A DNA stretch of 64,000 bases from Takakia lepidozioides (lineage: Eukaryota; Plantae; Bryophyta): positions 8,990,001 to 9,054,000 of the forward strand of contig CM060733.1 in the NCBI GenBank assembly GCA_030704615.1, given 5' to 3'. Below, piece after piece: positions 36,331-50,589 of the stretch. The stretch's first letter is position 1. Every line of letters begins with the position of its first letter. A program made the translations under genes and the position numbers. The notes under the pieces are model-generated. The model worked only from the letters and a program-made list of their open reading frames with translations, was not told the origin of the DNA and did no database searches.

Positions 36331-37407
36331 AGGTCAGTAGTGAATGTGTTCACCTGCTAATCAACGACGCAACGGCATTAGCCCCGTGCGTGAGCACACG
36401 CTCACACAACCACTACAGGAAAAAGGGGCGCCTGGGCCACGCCACGGCCACATCGCGATGTCGGGAAAACGCCCATTTCGGGCACGGGGCAGGCACCGTA
36501 TTTGCGACGCCCGGCCGTCGCATGGGCATCGCAAAAAAACGTCACAAAAATGTGATGTATGGGGGTCGCGAGCCCTACCCCAATTCCCGCGATTGCCGGA
36601 CGTCGCTTTTCGAGCCGTCCACACTGATGGCAGGGGCCTCTTGCGAGCGACGGCTTGCCGTCGCTACCTTCCAGCCGTCGGCATTGGTAGGGGCGACGTC
36701 GCGCCGTCGCATTTTATTTATTTTTAATCTGCCCGGAAGTCCCATCCGAAAACCCAAAAACACGTGGCGTAAGCCGAGTGGTGCGCCAAGCGATGCCAGT
36801 GCGTCGCTGCAGCGACTATCGGGCGTGACAAAAAAAAAAAACAACGGGAGCTGGAGTCGGGCTTTGCGACGCCAGGGCGTGGGTTCCCGCGACGCTCTGG
36901 CGTCGCTTTCTTTATATTCAATTAAAAAATAAAAAAACGTGGCGCAGGCAGGGTGGTGGGATCCGCGACGCCAGGGCGTCGCGGCTTGTGACCCCCAGAC
37001 CAAAAAAACCCGTCGGAGGGGGGATCGGGCGTTGCTGCATACAAAAAGGATTTGCGACGCCCGACCGTCGCGGCTTGCGACCCCCACCTAAAAAACACGT
37101 CGCCAATACCGACGCCCTGCAGTCGCGAGGCCAGCCTGGTGGGGGGGGATTGGGGGTTGATTTGGGGGTGAATTTGGGGTGGTTTTTTTGTTTTTTGTCT
37201 GGTTTTGTTTTGGGGGATGGGAGACCTTACAGCTTCTATTTCTCTAATTTAGCAGGTACACAATTGAGCAAGCATGAATCGAGGGTGAGGACGGTGTGAC
37301 ACATGAATAAAATGGAAGATGGAAAGATGGAAATATATTTACAAGAAATGAGCTGAAAAGCTCACAAGGGTTCAGTAGGCTGACCCTGGGACCTACATGG
37401 ACTAGGA

Positions 37408-40136
37408 CTAGTCATCCTCATCCTCATCCTCAGTGGAGGACTCAGAGCTATCCGATGAGCCTGATGACTCCGCGCCCTTGGCTAGAGCACCTAAAAGAGG
37501 CGATGTTCTCCTAAGTCCCACAGAGCTCTCATCCACTCCCTGGCCATGACCCCCGCCCTCATCCATACTAGTGCCTTGTAGTGCACTCATCCCCTCCGTG
37601 TTGGCCATGTTCTTCATGAGGGATTGTCAACCATGCTCCTTGGCGTAGTTGTACTGATCTGGAGATGACTTCCTCTCAAACACGCATTGCTACACATGCC
37701 ACAAATTAAAGTCAGTTCTTCACGATGATGGAGCCAGAAAGAAGACATAACAAAATACATAGGGAAGTATGACTTACAAATCGCAAGATAAAACCTTTGG
37801 ATCCGCCGGCGCCCCACTTGTGTGTGGATTCATGCTTGTCAAGGCGGACTGTTGTTGCTTCACGTGCCCGCTCAAATTTGGCCTTGTTTGCTGCATCATT
37901 CTCTTCCGCAATGAGTGCATCCCACGATACCTATGCAACACCCCCTCCCCCCCCAACAATTAGTGAATTACATATATACGTTGCATTGAATCCACCTCAT
38001 AAATGCACATGCGACAAATAGAAGGTGAAATGATTCAGGATTTGCCAACCTGTGTAATTCCATAAGGTGGTTTGGGTATGGCCCCTTTTCCATTGCCCTC
38101 CGAATGATCTGTCTGGCACGGTACCTCCTGTCCTTCAAGTTCCGCCCCACCATCTCCATCACCCTTATGTCAATCCAATTGCCCGGAAACCGGCGGTCTA
38201 ACTCACGGGCATATGCCCGCTTTGCGCCAAAGTGCTGATCAGCCCACTCAATGTGCAAAGGGAACCACCTCATTGCGAGTTTGAAGGCTGGCCTCCCAGA
38301 ATGCACCGCAAGGGTTACCATGGCGATTCACCTCCACCGGTGGCACCACGATCTTTGCCAACTTCACATCCTCTATCGCCAAGGAGTTCTTCTTCTTCCC
38401 ACCCTGGGTAAAAGCATGCTAATGTGTACCACTGACACTCCTGAAAAGGACTAAATTTTGACTGCTGGCACGTTACACCGCGGCGCGTGGACATGACATG
38501 TTGCGATGAAAACGTGATAAAATTGACAGATGATAGTGGGCACTTCGACCCCATCCATCGGATGCTCGTACACCCTCTTGTACACCTCCAATTTTGCTCG
38601 TACACCACTAATTTTGAGTTTACGATACTAACTCGACTTCCGTTTGTCACCATTTACTTTCCCCACATCGCATCCAAGCCGGGTTTGGTGTATTTGATGC
38701 CTACTTCAGTGCCACAGATGCTCGTATAATTTTTAGGAGTTTATTTGATATATTCTTAATTTTAAAATAATTTGCAATGAATGATACACTATTTGTAAGA
38801 ACTCATTTTGGCCTCAAATTCAAAATTGGAGGACCTTGTAGCCATTTCAAGGACACGACCTTCTTCTTTTTCAGTAGCTAAACACTTTTGGTGAAAGAAC
38901 TATGTTCAAATTTTGAGATTTAGTAGTAGCAAAGTTTGGTCCCCCTAAGTTATGCATACCGCGTAGTAGAGAATTCCTATGATGATGGGTTTTTTCTGGT
39001 TTTGCAGGTCTACTGTCATTTTTGCATTCTTCCAACCTTACATAAGCACATGAAAATCCCTGATATGACCTTCACATGTTATGGGTGTGAAAATCGTTAC
39101 CCACTCTCGGCACTAGACTGACACTCAGGGTGGGTAGCCTACCTTTGAACAGCAAAGAGAAGCAGAAAGTCCTAAAGGACTACAACATTTTGGGACATTT
39201 GAACCTTGTGTTGTTCAAGACTCCTTTAGGACCCCTTAAACTTGTCAAATCACAAAAAATTTTGTATGGGCATGACAATAACTTCAAGGGCTTTCCAATG
39301 ATATAATGTGTCCGTGGTTTCATACTGAATTCAATATCCTAAATTTGGATCGATTGCACCATATGTGCTGGAAAACAGTTTGTGACAGCCTTTTCGGGTC
39401 CTATTAGTGTGCTTTGACCCCCCTCTCCCTTCTTTGTAGCCTCCTTCTCCTGCTCCTTTGTTACCCCACTGCCCTCCCCCGCATGCACACTCACCCCTTC
39501 CTCTCCATGGGACTTCTTCTTCTTCTTCTTCTTTTCCTTCCCCTTCTCCACGACCATCTCATTCCCCTTCCCCGCTACTTCCTCTCTCTCCTTCTTCCTC
39601 TCCCTTCTCTCTCTAGGTTTGTATGAAGTGAGAACGATGTTTCTCATTAGCTGAGATTCCAAACCTGCAATGATGGGAAAAGGGACCTGGGAGGACGAGG
39701 CCTCTTCTTCTTACCTTTGGTGTTCGGGTCCTTCATGAACACCACGTGCTCTCCCTCATTGGCAACCCCACTGGATTGCACTAATGAGGCCATCCGTGTT
39801 GCTACCTCCTGAAGACAAATAACCCCCACAAATTCAAAAAAAGAAACAAAAAACAAAGAAAATCATGCATGCAAAGGAAATGACAAAACATGGAACAAGG
39901 TGCAACAGTTGTACCTTGTGAAGCTTGGCCGACTCGGCCCCGGTGTCACCCGATGTGGTAGGAGGCCCCGTTGCCGGATGTGCCCGCGCTATCCCCTCCC
40001 GGAGTGCCATTGGAAGTAGATTCCAGATGTCGAACATAGCCACCGGCGGCGCCCCATAGTCTAGGCCTTTCTTTACTGACCGCTCAGGCTCAAGGGGCGG
40101 CGTCACTGACCGGCTAGGCCGCTCCAAACGGCCCAT
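37408..40136 (-). pseudogene. Decayed multi-exon gene inside the CACTA element, TnpA/ORF2-like
   Basis: WADQHFGAKRAYARELDRRF...VMEMVGRNLKDRRYRAR; splice-like sites; acidic C-terminus SSTEDEDEDD. The upstream pieces (39339-40136) may belong to a different ORF. Confidence 0.4.
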
Positions 40137-40311
40137 ACCTCCTCCTCCTCCTCCCCCCCCCTCTCTCCTCCCTCCCCTCCCCTCCCCTAAATGCGTAGCA
40201 GGGTAGAAGCTGACTTGACTAATTCGTGGAGCTTTGCTATCTCGGCCTCGTCATTGGCCCTCCTCCTCTCCTCCTCCCTCATCGACAACATTGGGCTAGC
40301 AACAACCACTT

Positions 40312-43300
40312 CACTACAAGAGATGAGCGTTTTTAGGACTACGGATTTGGCGGAGTCATAAAAATGACACTAGGTATACGACTACAGAGCGCTGAAATGC
40401 GTTGCAGTCATAGTTTTATCACTTTATAGTAATGGATATCACTACATGACTCCGGAAAATTAGGGAGCATTGGTCAAACATTGTTGACCATGATGACAAG
40501 GATGGTTTTATGACTAGTGTGATATGTTTGACTAGACGTGGACGACGTTTCATGGAATCTTGTGACTCCATGACTGAAGATGGTTTTACAACTCTATTTA
40601 TACGACTACATCCCTACACGTGTCATTTTGAAAGCACATACATGAATGTATTCATCCATTGGATGAGTTTATCCATCGATGACATGGCATGTAAACTTAT
40701 GAGTTCCTTACTGCAAATTGTTTCATAACTCTATATACATGACTACATGACTACACATGTCATTTAAAAGGCATATACATTAATGAATTCATTCAATGGA
40801 TGGGTTCATCCATCTGCCTATACGGTGTGTCGATTTGATATCTGTTCAATAAATTGGACCTGGATGGACGTGGCTTAACAAGGATCGCAAGATATATGAG
40901 ATTAAAATACGTGGTTGTACAAGGTTAGATCATGTGATGGAAATTATTTTGAATCGTTAGATTTTACAGGATCTAACGGTCTAGATTGTTTAAGATCTAA
41001 CGGTTTAAGATTACACCGCCGAACTTTACACCGGGCTGGGACTTAGGCTTTTTTGTCTCCTGCGTTTCACCATCTATTTGATGTTGTGTCATGGAACGCG
41101 ATGATCGCAGGATATGCAAGGGCGTGGGATGGAGGCTTTGCAGACCTTCCTACTCTTGAGCAAATGATGCAGGAAGGAGAAGAGGATGAGGAGAGGAGAC
41201 GAGGAGAAGATCCCAACATTCTTGTGAGCTCGCCGTTCTTGGGAGAGTCAGCTTGGTCTTAGCATGCCGTGTTTCAATCTCTGCCTGCTCAGCTGCACCG
41301 TGGTGGTTCGATCTCACATACCAATCCAACATTACCTGACTACAGATACAAGCAGCACACACAAGGGGTCATTTTGGGCTGATGGTCGGTCAAATCCTCT
41401 ATGGGTCATGATACAAGATAAAGAACAATGTGGTGAGGATACCTTCTTCTTTGACCTATTTCAACCTGTTTTGCTCTGTTTGGCAGCATGAAAGTATCCA
41501 AAAACAGGTAATAGAGATGAGGAGAAGCTTTGGAATGAACACTTTTCCGACCCCAGTCAATGGCGAGACAATGGAGACAAAAAGGTGAATGCATGTTGGA
41601 CTACACTAGAGAGAAGTAGATGCAATTTAGAATTAGAACTACTGTAATAATTAGGGTTGGGGTTTGTTGGAAGAACTTCACGCCGTTAGTGTCAGCTGCT
41701 AGCAGCAAGTATTCATGATTTGTACACAGACAGGGGTAGCTAAAGGACCAGGGATAGAGGTCCAGGTTCATCCAAGAGGGCCGGATTTCAAACACAAGAT
41801 TAGTTCTGATTCCCCGTGGATCAATAGCTACAAGAAATCTGCTAATGAGAAAATGGTCTGCTAATGAAAGCACGTTTTTCAACACATTTCACCCTGTTTT
41901 TCCCTCTTAACATAATCGGCCCTAAATTTCCATGTTGAATTCTGCAAGTTAGTTGGTTTAGTGAACCTGGGATAGTTTGGAGTGACTTTGATATGATATT
42001 GCCAATGTGACAACAGGAAAGTATCCAAAAGAGGTAACAGAGATGAGGAGAAGCTTTGGAATGAATACTTTTCTGACCCTAGTCAATGGTGGGACAACCA
42101 AGGCAAAAATGTGAATACCTGTCAGATTACCAGATGTCATTTTGAACACTGCACCTGCCTTGGTGGACATGTATGTCAAATGTGGGTGCATCGAGGATGC
42201 AAAGGGAGTGTTCAACACTATGGCTGAACGAGATGTGGTGTCATGGAGTGCGATGTTTGAAGGGTATGCACAACAGGGGCGTGGGATGGAGGCTTTGGAG
42301 ACCTATGAGCAAATTATGAGGGAAGGGATACTGAAGCCCGACCATATAACGTGTGTATGTGTTTGCAATGCGTGTGCAAGCCTGGCAGCCCTGGGAAAGG
42401 GCATAAGGTCTATGGTTGCATCGTCAAAGCTGCAAATGTACCAGATGTCATTTTGAACACTCCCCTAGTGGACAATATGTATGCCAAATGTAGGTGTAGC
42501 AAGGATGCAAAGGGAGTGTTCAACAACATGGCTGAACAAGATGTGGTGTCTTGGAGTACCATGATGACCACCTTCCCCGGTGACTCTCTCTCTCTCCCTC
42601 TCTCTCCCTCTCTCCAACTACTTGTTTGGGATTATCAATTTTTTTCCATAATACTTATTTTGGAAATACTATATATTTTTAATCCCAATTTTTAAGGTTT
42701 CATCCATACTGAATGAAAATTTCTGTTATAACCATAACTGGATGATTTATAGGCAGATATGCATGTCAATGCATTTTAGGTTTATGCTCCTTTGATTTAA
42801 ACCTATTGAATGCCCATTTTTCATCCTGGTCTGATACCATCCATACCGGATGGTGGATGAAATCGCGGGTGGTTTTCCTTTAAGTGTCTCTCTGCCCTAG
42901 ACACAACACGATATCGTGCGTGTTTTTTTTCTCTGGAAGAGGGCAATGGCGGACGAATGCTCGATGGCGGCTGAATGCCCGAGCAGCAAGATCCAAACGG
43001 GTGTGTTCTTGTTTTTTGAACGCGCGATGACGGCAGACACTTTCATCTCCCGCGATGGCAAATGACATACTGTTATGTTTGCCTACGTTTTTTCCTCATT
43101 GATGAAGCAACGGCGGTTATGGAGGTGGGGAAGCGGCCTGTATTACAAGATACAACCTGTCCTCAACTCTCCTCCCGTTGCATTCTGTTGTGCTCGTTCA
43201 AATTCAGATGATGAACACTGCAACGTCCTACTCCACAAAAGATTGAGGTTCTTTGTGGTGTCACATCTATGCTTTCTTCTGCTGGTTCTGTGATCTTTGC

Positions 43301-45357
43301 ATGCTTTATGGCTCATACCTGACATGGATAGCAACTGTGAAATCCTGTAATTCACCTCGCGCATCCTCACTAACGCACAAAACATTTTTTGTGTTTGTTT
43401 TTGGGACGGGCGCAGGTGAGGGATTTCACTTGGCATGAACTCTTTGGCGTGCAGATGATCTGGTTACTGCAGGAGGGATAAGATATGCTGCAAGCTGCCG
43501 TTGTTGCAATTTTTCTGCTTCAAAGCTGCTTCAAGGGGGATATGCCTTAAACCTTTACTTTGATTTCTGGTTCTTGGTAACCAAATTTGTTAAGTCAGGG
43601 AAGTAAATGGGCTGGGCCTCCTAGAAATCAGACCTTATTGTGAAGGTTCGGGCTGGTTGTGATGACAAGGGTTTGGTGATGCAAGTGTGACATTGGATGC
43701 ATTTTTCCAGACCTGTTTTCTGGCCTTTTGGAGAGTCAGACAGTGTTGTTTATGCCTCACCAGTTTAGAATGTATTAAGTAAGGCATTGGGTAAGCCTTT
43801 TTAAGAACACATACATTCTTTCAGGCTCCCCCATGGAGATTATAACCTGATTACAACTGGTATTTTTGAGGATCTCTCTAAAACTTGGCAGAGTGACTGG
43901 ATAAGGCCCTGGGATACATACCATAGCCCTGCATCTACTTATGGAAGTACAATCAGTTCAGCTTGTGCTTTTAGGAACATACAAGTCCTTTAAAGCTGTA
44001 GTAGGGAATTATTTTCATCAAAACTCTCACTCTTAGGCCTGCTGGAATGGTTTTCTCAAAGACCTGTTGAGCTTACAACATACTTGTTTAAGCTATTTGA
44101 ACCCAAGAATTACCAAGCCAGTATTTTTAAAGGGCTTTTTGATTACGAACTGTATTCTTAAGCTCCCCCCAGAGATTGGGAATGTGACATGGTAATGACT
44201 CTCTCGCTCTCTCTCTCCTCCTCCTCTGATACATGATACATATATACATGATTTGTGCAGAGGCATGGATAGCTGAAGGAGCAGGGATAGAGTGCATGGG
44301 TCCAGATTCATCCAAGAGGGCCGGATTTCAATCTCCAGATTACATATGATTCCCTGTGGAAGGATAGCTACAAGAAACCTGCATGGATAGATGATCAATT
44401 GGTTGGTCTTGAGCTGAAGAGCACGACCCCTACAGGGATGTCTCTCCATCTGTAGATCTTTTAGGAAGTGGAAGGCTAGGCCTAGGGCCCAGCTTTCTTA
44501 TGACATTGTTAGCTGATTTTCAGTTCTTCTCCTTAGCTCGGTGCCTTTCTGTTTCCAAGTTATGGCAGTAGTTTCTGGCTGCAGTCTTTTTTCCTGCTAG
44601 ACTCTTTAGCTCTATGCAGACCCCCTTCTTTGCTTGCCTTCCTTCTTACTACTCTTTCTTATCTTGGTACACGAAGCTGTGTCTTCCTCTTTCAGCCTCT
44701 ATGGCACTCTATCCAGAGGTTATTTTTCCTCTTTGTATCCAAGCACATTTTATGTCCATTACCTATAAAGTTCTAGAGGCCACTGTCCCCCACTGTCCCT
44801 CTTTGTTAACCAAAAAAAGAAAAAAAAAAAAGACAACAATGGCTTCCATTCTATTTTCCTGGAGACCTAATGAGAATTTAAATCAATTAATAATCTAAAT
44901 ATTATAATTGTATGATTTAATTTATTAAATTAAAATATTATTAAAAAACCTCTTTAGTCATGAAGTTATATACTCATTACTACATCATGGCAAGATGACA
45001 TTATATGATACGATATTCTTTCCCACGTGTGGGTCATATATGTTGTCCATGTGGACACGTGTCACATCCGGAGTGCTACATATGTCTCTCTGACGCCTCT
45101 CCAATGGAGTTATACTTTGTAGACATGTAGTCATATAGTTAGTCATATATAAATTATATAGTTGTGACTACATCCTCTCTACAGCATGACTCCAGGTGCC
45201 ACGTACGCAGTCACGGCTATGACTTGCAAAACGCAGTCCTAAAGACTAGTCGCTATGACAGGGCTTTTTTCACTGCAGAGTGATATAGTCATGAACGCAT
45301 ATAGGACTGAAAAAATAGTCATATGTGCAGTCATAAAAACGCTCATCTGTTGTAGTG
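40312..45357 (+). mobile_element. Pack-CACTA 1 (ATGACTAC-subterminal family) carrying PPR and PDF-motif gene fragments
   Basis: 29-bp TIRs CACTACAAGAGATGAGCGTTTTTAGGACT / CACTACAACAGATGAGCGTTTTTATGACT; TSD CTT; no transposase. Confidence 0.92.
41077..42565 (+). pseudogene. Captured PLS-class PPR fragments interleaved with PDF-motif fragments
   Basis: DVVSWNAMIAGYA (~41080); ALVDMYVKCGCIEDAKGVFNTMAERDVVSWSAMFEGYAQQG (42157+); GPDFKHK (41778-41798); KLWNEYFSDPSQWWDN (~42051). Confidence 0.85.
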
Positions 45358-47195
45358 CTTCCAAAGGCCCTTGAACCTGACCTTGGGCCTTGGCAAGTGC
45401 AAAACAAAAAAAACCAAGCATGTCGGGGGCTGAGAGCAGCAAGTGCTAAGGGTCTCGAGAGGGGGCAACAAAGAAAAGAAAAAAATGGTGGGGGGGGAGT
45501 GACTGAGCAGCTCCTCCCCCCTATTTTTATTTATTTTTTGTTTCCTGATCTCTCCCTCTCACTCCCTCTCTTTGTCCCTCTTTGTCCCTCCCTCCTTGGA
45601 ATTGGCCGGTTTTATCAGTGTTTTTTTTTTCTGTTTTTCCATCTATACCGGATGGACTCTAAACAGTTTTTTCACCCGCCCTGTAACAATTTTTTATCCA
45701 TACCGGATGAATTACCTGTGTGGACACTAAATTACCTCTAAACTGAGTCTATGATTTTTTCATTCCTCTTTTATTGACTTTCATCCATATCAGATGAGTC
45801 ACCAAAGAAGTATCTATCATGGTCTCGGATCTCCATGGGGTGAGGCAATTGCGGTGGACGGAGAGACTGGTCATAATGATGCTGATGATGGAGGTTGGGT
45901 AGAGGGGGTAGAAGAGGATGATAACGCCCCGGAGAATGCATCCCGGACCCTATATGATGAAGCTCTAGAAGATAAGGATGTTGGAGAAGGAGATGAAGAC
46001 ACGGCCATTGACAACAAGGTGGAGGATAATTCGGAGATGTCTTTTGAGGGCCGGGCCATTTATGACGATGATTCCAATGCCCAAGAAGACTTGCAGCTTG
46101 ATGAGGATGAAGAAGCTCCGGATGATGATGTTCAAGTTGATAGACACGAAATCAAAGCTACATAATAATTCTCGCACCGAACTCTACCCATCCCTTCGAT
46201 TGATTGTACATGTACATGCAATTTGTAGCATATTTCTCTATGATTGATCAAATATGGCTGTGGTTGGTAGTCTTTTAAGAAAGAAGGTAGAGACAATGAA
46301 TATGTTGGAGCAACACATACAGATGTGGTATCAAGAGAATTATCAAAATGAATGTCACAATCTACAAGAAGGTCCACAACAACAAGCTAAACCATAAAGA
46401 AAAACAAACACCCTACCCCAGTACCATATGAAAAAAAAAATACCAAAGAAAAAACTAAGAACCCCCAAAGGCCCTAAACCTAAACCTAGAAAGCCCTGCC
46501 GTCGCTGCCTGCATTGGCGACGGGTTTTATTTTATTTGTGAGGCCGGGGGTCGCAAACGGCGATGGAACGCCGTCGCAGGCTACGACATTTTTTATTTAT
46601 TTTTTAAAGAAAAGGGCAGCCTCTGCTGGCAACGCCCGGCCGTCGCAAGGGCCTTTTGCCATTCATGTCACCATGCGACGGCCTGGCGTCGCAAGAAAGG
46701 GCTGCGATGAAAGAAAGGGCAAGAAAGGGCTGTCTTCTGCCCTTCATCCTTCCATGCGACAGCCGGGCACCGCCACCTGGCCCCGGCGCTAGGTGGCAAC
46801 CCGCGGGGTCTGTTTGCGACGGCCCGACGTCGCAAAAAGGCGCCACGGGGTTGGCGTCGCACGTTCGGCGCCGCGCGGGGCGTGGGGGCGTGATTGGCGT
46901 TGCAAAACCCCCCCCCCCCCCCCGGACCCCCATTTGTTGTAGTGAACAGTGATGTGGCGTGAGCCGACGCTCACAGCAGCGTACATGGCGTGAGTATGCT
47001 GAGGTGGAGCGGATATGCTGATGTGGCACTGCGACTGACATCGCCATGTCATCAGGAACATGTGGCGCCTATAACCAAGGGTCTTATGACCGCGGGACTT
47101 GTTTTTCAACACAAGGGAGGAAATAAACCCTAAACCCTAAACCGCAAAACCTAACCCTAAATCATAAACCATAAACTCCATCTAGCAGAAGTGAT

Positions 47196-47808
47196 TGTCA
47201 AGGACGAGAACATGACTGAAACACAAACAAGAGATCAAACTAGAGGTACAAGACTAGACAAGAAATCAAGGTTGGCGTGCCGAATGCATGATGGGTAAAC
47301 ATGAATCAAGATGATCTTTATAACAATGGACAAGAGTACAAGATACTGGAACTCGACTTGAATGCTGGAATACTGGAAACTGGATTGGAGTACCAGATAC
47401 TGGAACTGGACTAGAGTACTAGAAGCTGAACTGGAGTACTGGGACTGTAAACAAGAGTAGCTTGAACTTGTGTTGGCGAGACTAAGGAGTGTCCAGTCTC
47501 GCCTTCTATATATACTAGCTACTAAGATGTTCCATAAGAAGCTTCCCCAATAGAGGTTTCTTGATGGAGAAGTTTCCTTAAACAAATAAGGTATCTTGAT
47601 AGAGAAGTTTTCTCCAAAAGAAGTTTCTTAAGCAGTTTCCCAAGTTACTTTCGGTAATTTGGTAAACTCCCGGTAACTTGATAACTTATGGTATATCATG
47701 GTAGATCATGATAAGTTATGATAAATCATGATAACTTTCGGTAATATAGTATCTTGTTAACTTCTGGTATTTACTTCTGGTAAGTTCATTTGGACTATGT
47801 CCGTGATA
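47196..47808 (-). repeat. 3' LTR (613 bp) of a Tcn1-like chromovirus
   Basis: TGTCA...GTGATA (decayed TGACA) on the + strand; PPT TAGAGGAGGGGTGA adjacent at 47809-47822 on the - strand. Confidence 0.75.
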
Positions 47809-49038
47809 TCACCCCTCCTCTAGCACTGGGTTCCTCGAGGAGCGGTAAAATCTTGGACTTGCTTAGAGTTGGAGAAAATCCAAAATCCGGCGAATGGTGC
47901 TTGCCAAGAATTCGGCTCTTCGTTCTTGATTTAAATGATTTATAAGTCCCTGCAACCATCGATAGTGTCCAACACCTTGAACTTGGGACCACGTAGTGAT
48001 TTGAGCATTCTAATTTTCGAAGCTGCCTTCAAACATGATTTCGTTGCCCTCTGGTTTGAAGCCTCAACCTCCAACATGATTATCAAACTTCGAGTAGGCT
48101 CCACTTGTCGTCGTACGAGGTCACTAGTACAGATTATCGTTTTTATGACTGCAAATATCACTACATTTGCAGTGATAAGTGCGATTATGACTACATCACT
48201 CTGCAGTGACAAACACGAAGTCAGTTCTAGCATCACTGCGAAGTGATAAGTGCGAAGTGATGGTCGTCATTGTAGACGTGGCACCTGCCAACGACTCAGA
48301 GTGACGTGGCGTGTAGTGTTGTAGTCATAAGTATACGACTACAAGGCTACGTGTCATGACTACACTTACGACTACGTCACTACAGATGAGCGCCAACATG
48401 GAAAGGTCTCTCCATGACACGCGTGACCCCCCGGATATATATGACTACACGACTGTACCTTATGACTACACTTATGACTATATCACTACTCACTACATCA
48501 GTGAGGGTAGCATATGGCATATTTCATGACTACAAATACGACTCCATCACTATAGGTTTGTACTGGTTCTGGTAGGTCATCTAACACATGTCCTTATTCG
48601 ATTAGTTTATAAAACCATTAAATGCTATTTTATTTATTAACTTCATGTAAATTTTATTTATCGTTTTGATATTAAGATATGTTTCAATATACATAGCAAT
48701 ATATTTAATTGAATGAAAGAATTTCACACAAATACACATATTGTCTCTGGAATGTCGGTCATACAGCAAAAAACCAATGGGAAAAATATTCCCATGGATG
48801 CCATAGAGGCTCTACAATGAACATTCAAGAAGCCTAAAAGGCCACATGGATAGATAACCACTACAAGTCCCAAAACCCAAGCCCACACAGGGGCAGCAGT
48901 CCACTAGTACTCCTACAATTGAAGAGCTCTATTTACAAATCACCACTGTGGCATATTATCAACTACATTGCATCACATAGTCCCACCATTGACTGGGATC
49001 AGAAAAGTAATCATTCCACAGCTTCTCGTCATTTGCCC

Positions 49039-50543
49039 CTAGGTCTCCAAAGCCTCCATCCCGCGCCCTTGCTGTGTATATCTTGCATTCATCACACTCC
49101 ACAACACCACATGTCGTTCAGCCGTACTGTCGAACACTCCCTTTGCATCCTCAATGCACCCACATTTGGCATACATGTCCACCAGGGCAGTGGTCAGAAT
49201 GACAAGTGCAATTCCAGATTTGATGATGCCACCATGCATCTCTTTGCCCTTTTCCAGGGCTGCCAGGCTTGCACAAGCATTGCAAACACACAAACGTGAT
49301 CTGGTTACACTTCACCCCTTCCCCCATCATTTGCTCATATGTCTCCAAGGCCTCCATCTCGCGCCCCTGCTGTGCATATCCTGCAAGCATGGCATTCCAT
49401 GACACCATATTTTGTTCAACCATACTGTCGAACACTCCCTTTGCATCCTTGATGCACACCCGCATTTTGCATACATGTCCACCAGGGTATGGTTCAGAAT
49501 GACATCGGGTACAATCCAGCTTTGACAATGTCACCATGGACCTCTTTGCCCTTTTCCAAGGTTGCCAAGCTTCCACATGCATTGCAAATGCACACAAACG
49601 TGATGTGGTTGGGCTTCACCCCTTCCCCCATCATTTGATCATAGGTCTGCAAAGCCTCCATACCAAATCCATGCTGTACATACCCTGCAAGCATCGCGTT
49701 CCACAACACCACATCTCGTTCAGCCATAGACTTGTTGAAAACTCCCTTCGCATCCTTAATGCACCCGCATTTCACATACATGTCCACCAGGGCACTGTTC
49801 AGAATGACATCTGGTACAATTCCAGCATTGACGAGCTCCCCTGCTTGCACATGCATTGCAAACACAAACAAATGTGATGTGGTTAGGCTTCACCCCTTTG
49901 CGGAACATTTGCTCATAGGTCTCCAAAAGCATTCCTACCACGTGATCAAAGATCGTTGAGGCATTCTGTTGAACACTTGGTGAGCATCCATGATGTTCCC
50001 ACACTTAACATACATGTTGACAAGGGTGTTGAGTGGAAAAACATTTGGTGTGAATCTACTTTAGATAATGTGAGTCATGTGCACCTACTTTCCAGCTTCC
50101 AGACCTTTCATCTTGATGCACTTTAGCAAGAGACAGACATACGTACCTGAATTTGCTGAAATGCCTCCTTGGTTTAAAGTCTGTAGAGCCTCTGTCAGTC
50201 TGCCTACCTCACAAAGCATCTTCACATGCCCAGAAGTTCCAGAAGAGGCATTGTGGACTCCCTCTCTTGATCCTCTATTTTTAGAAGTTGTGGTCATGGT
50301 TGAGGTGCCTGATTTTATCAACTGTGCCGCTGCAGCTCCTGCCTTTACTTGACCATCTACCCATGCAGGTTTCTTGTAGCTACTAATCCACCTGGAATCA
50401 AGGTAATCTGGAGCTTGAAGTCCAGCCCTCTTGGATGAATCTGCACCCACTGCTCCTTCAGCTATCCATGCCTCTGCACAAATCATGCATACATCATTGC
50501 CTTGCAGCTGATAATGACAGCCTAGATTTGTTCTAGGAAACAC
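49039..50543 (-). pseudogene. PLS-class PPR gene fragment: N-terminal region with a PDF motif plus ~3 P-L-S triplets, frameshifted
   Basis: VKMLCEVGRLTEALQTL...TYVCLLLKC; ALVDMYVKCGCIKDAKGVF; VSWNAMLAGYAQQG; ITFVCICNACGSLATLEKGKEVH. Confidence 0.88.
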
Positions 50544-50589
50544 CCAACTCAGCTTATTACACTAGTTCCTATGAATGCATCTTATTCTC

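Larger units (their letters stand above)
36411..46944. mobile_element. CACTA element (10.5 kb including nested Pack-CACTA), GCGACG family
   Basis: CACTACAGGAAAAAGGGG at 36411 and CCCCCATTTGTTGTAGTG ending 46944; TSD AAC; GCGACG arrays at 36430-37140 and 46500-46900. Confidence 0.88.

Noticed and set aside
36228-37299. GC-rich ORFs (also 13851-14434, 21711-22025, 46514-47112, 60584-61569)
   Set aside because: They are translations of subterminal repeat arrays and lack protein features.
47125-47180. Interstitial telomere
   Set aside because: Only two or three exact AAACCCT units; similar telo-box-like stretches recur in transposon ends at ~23240, 29150 and 46475.
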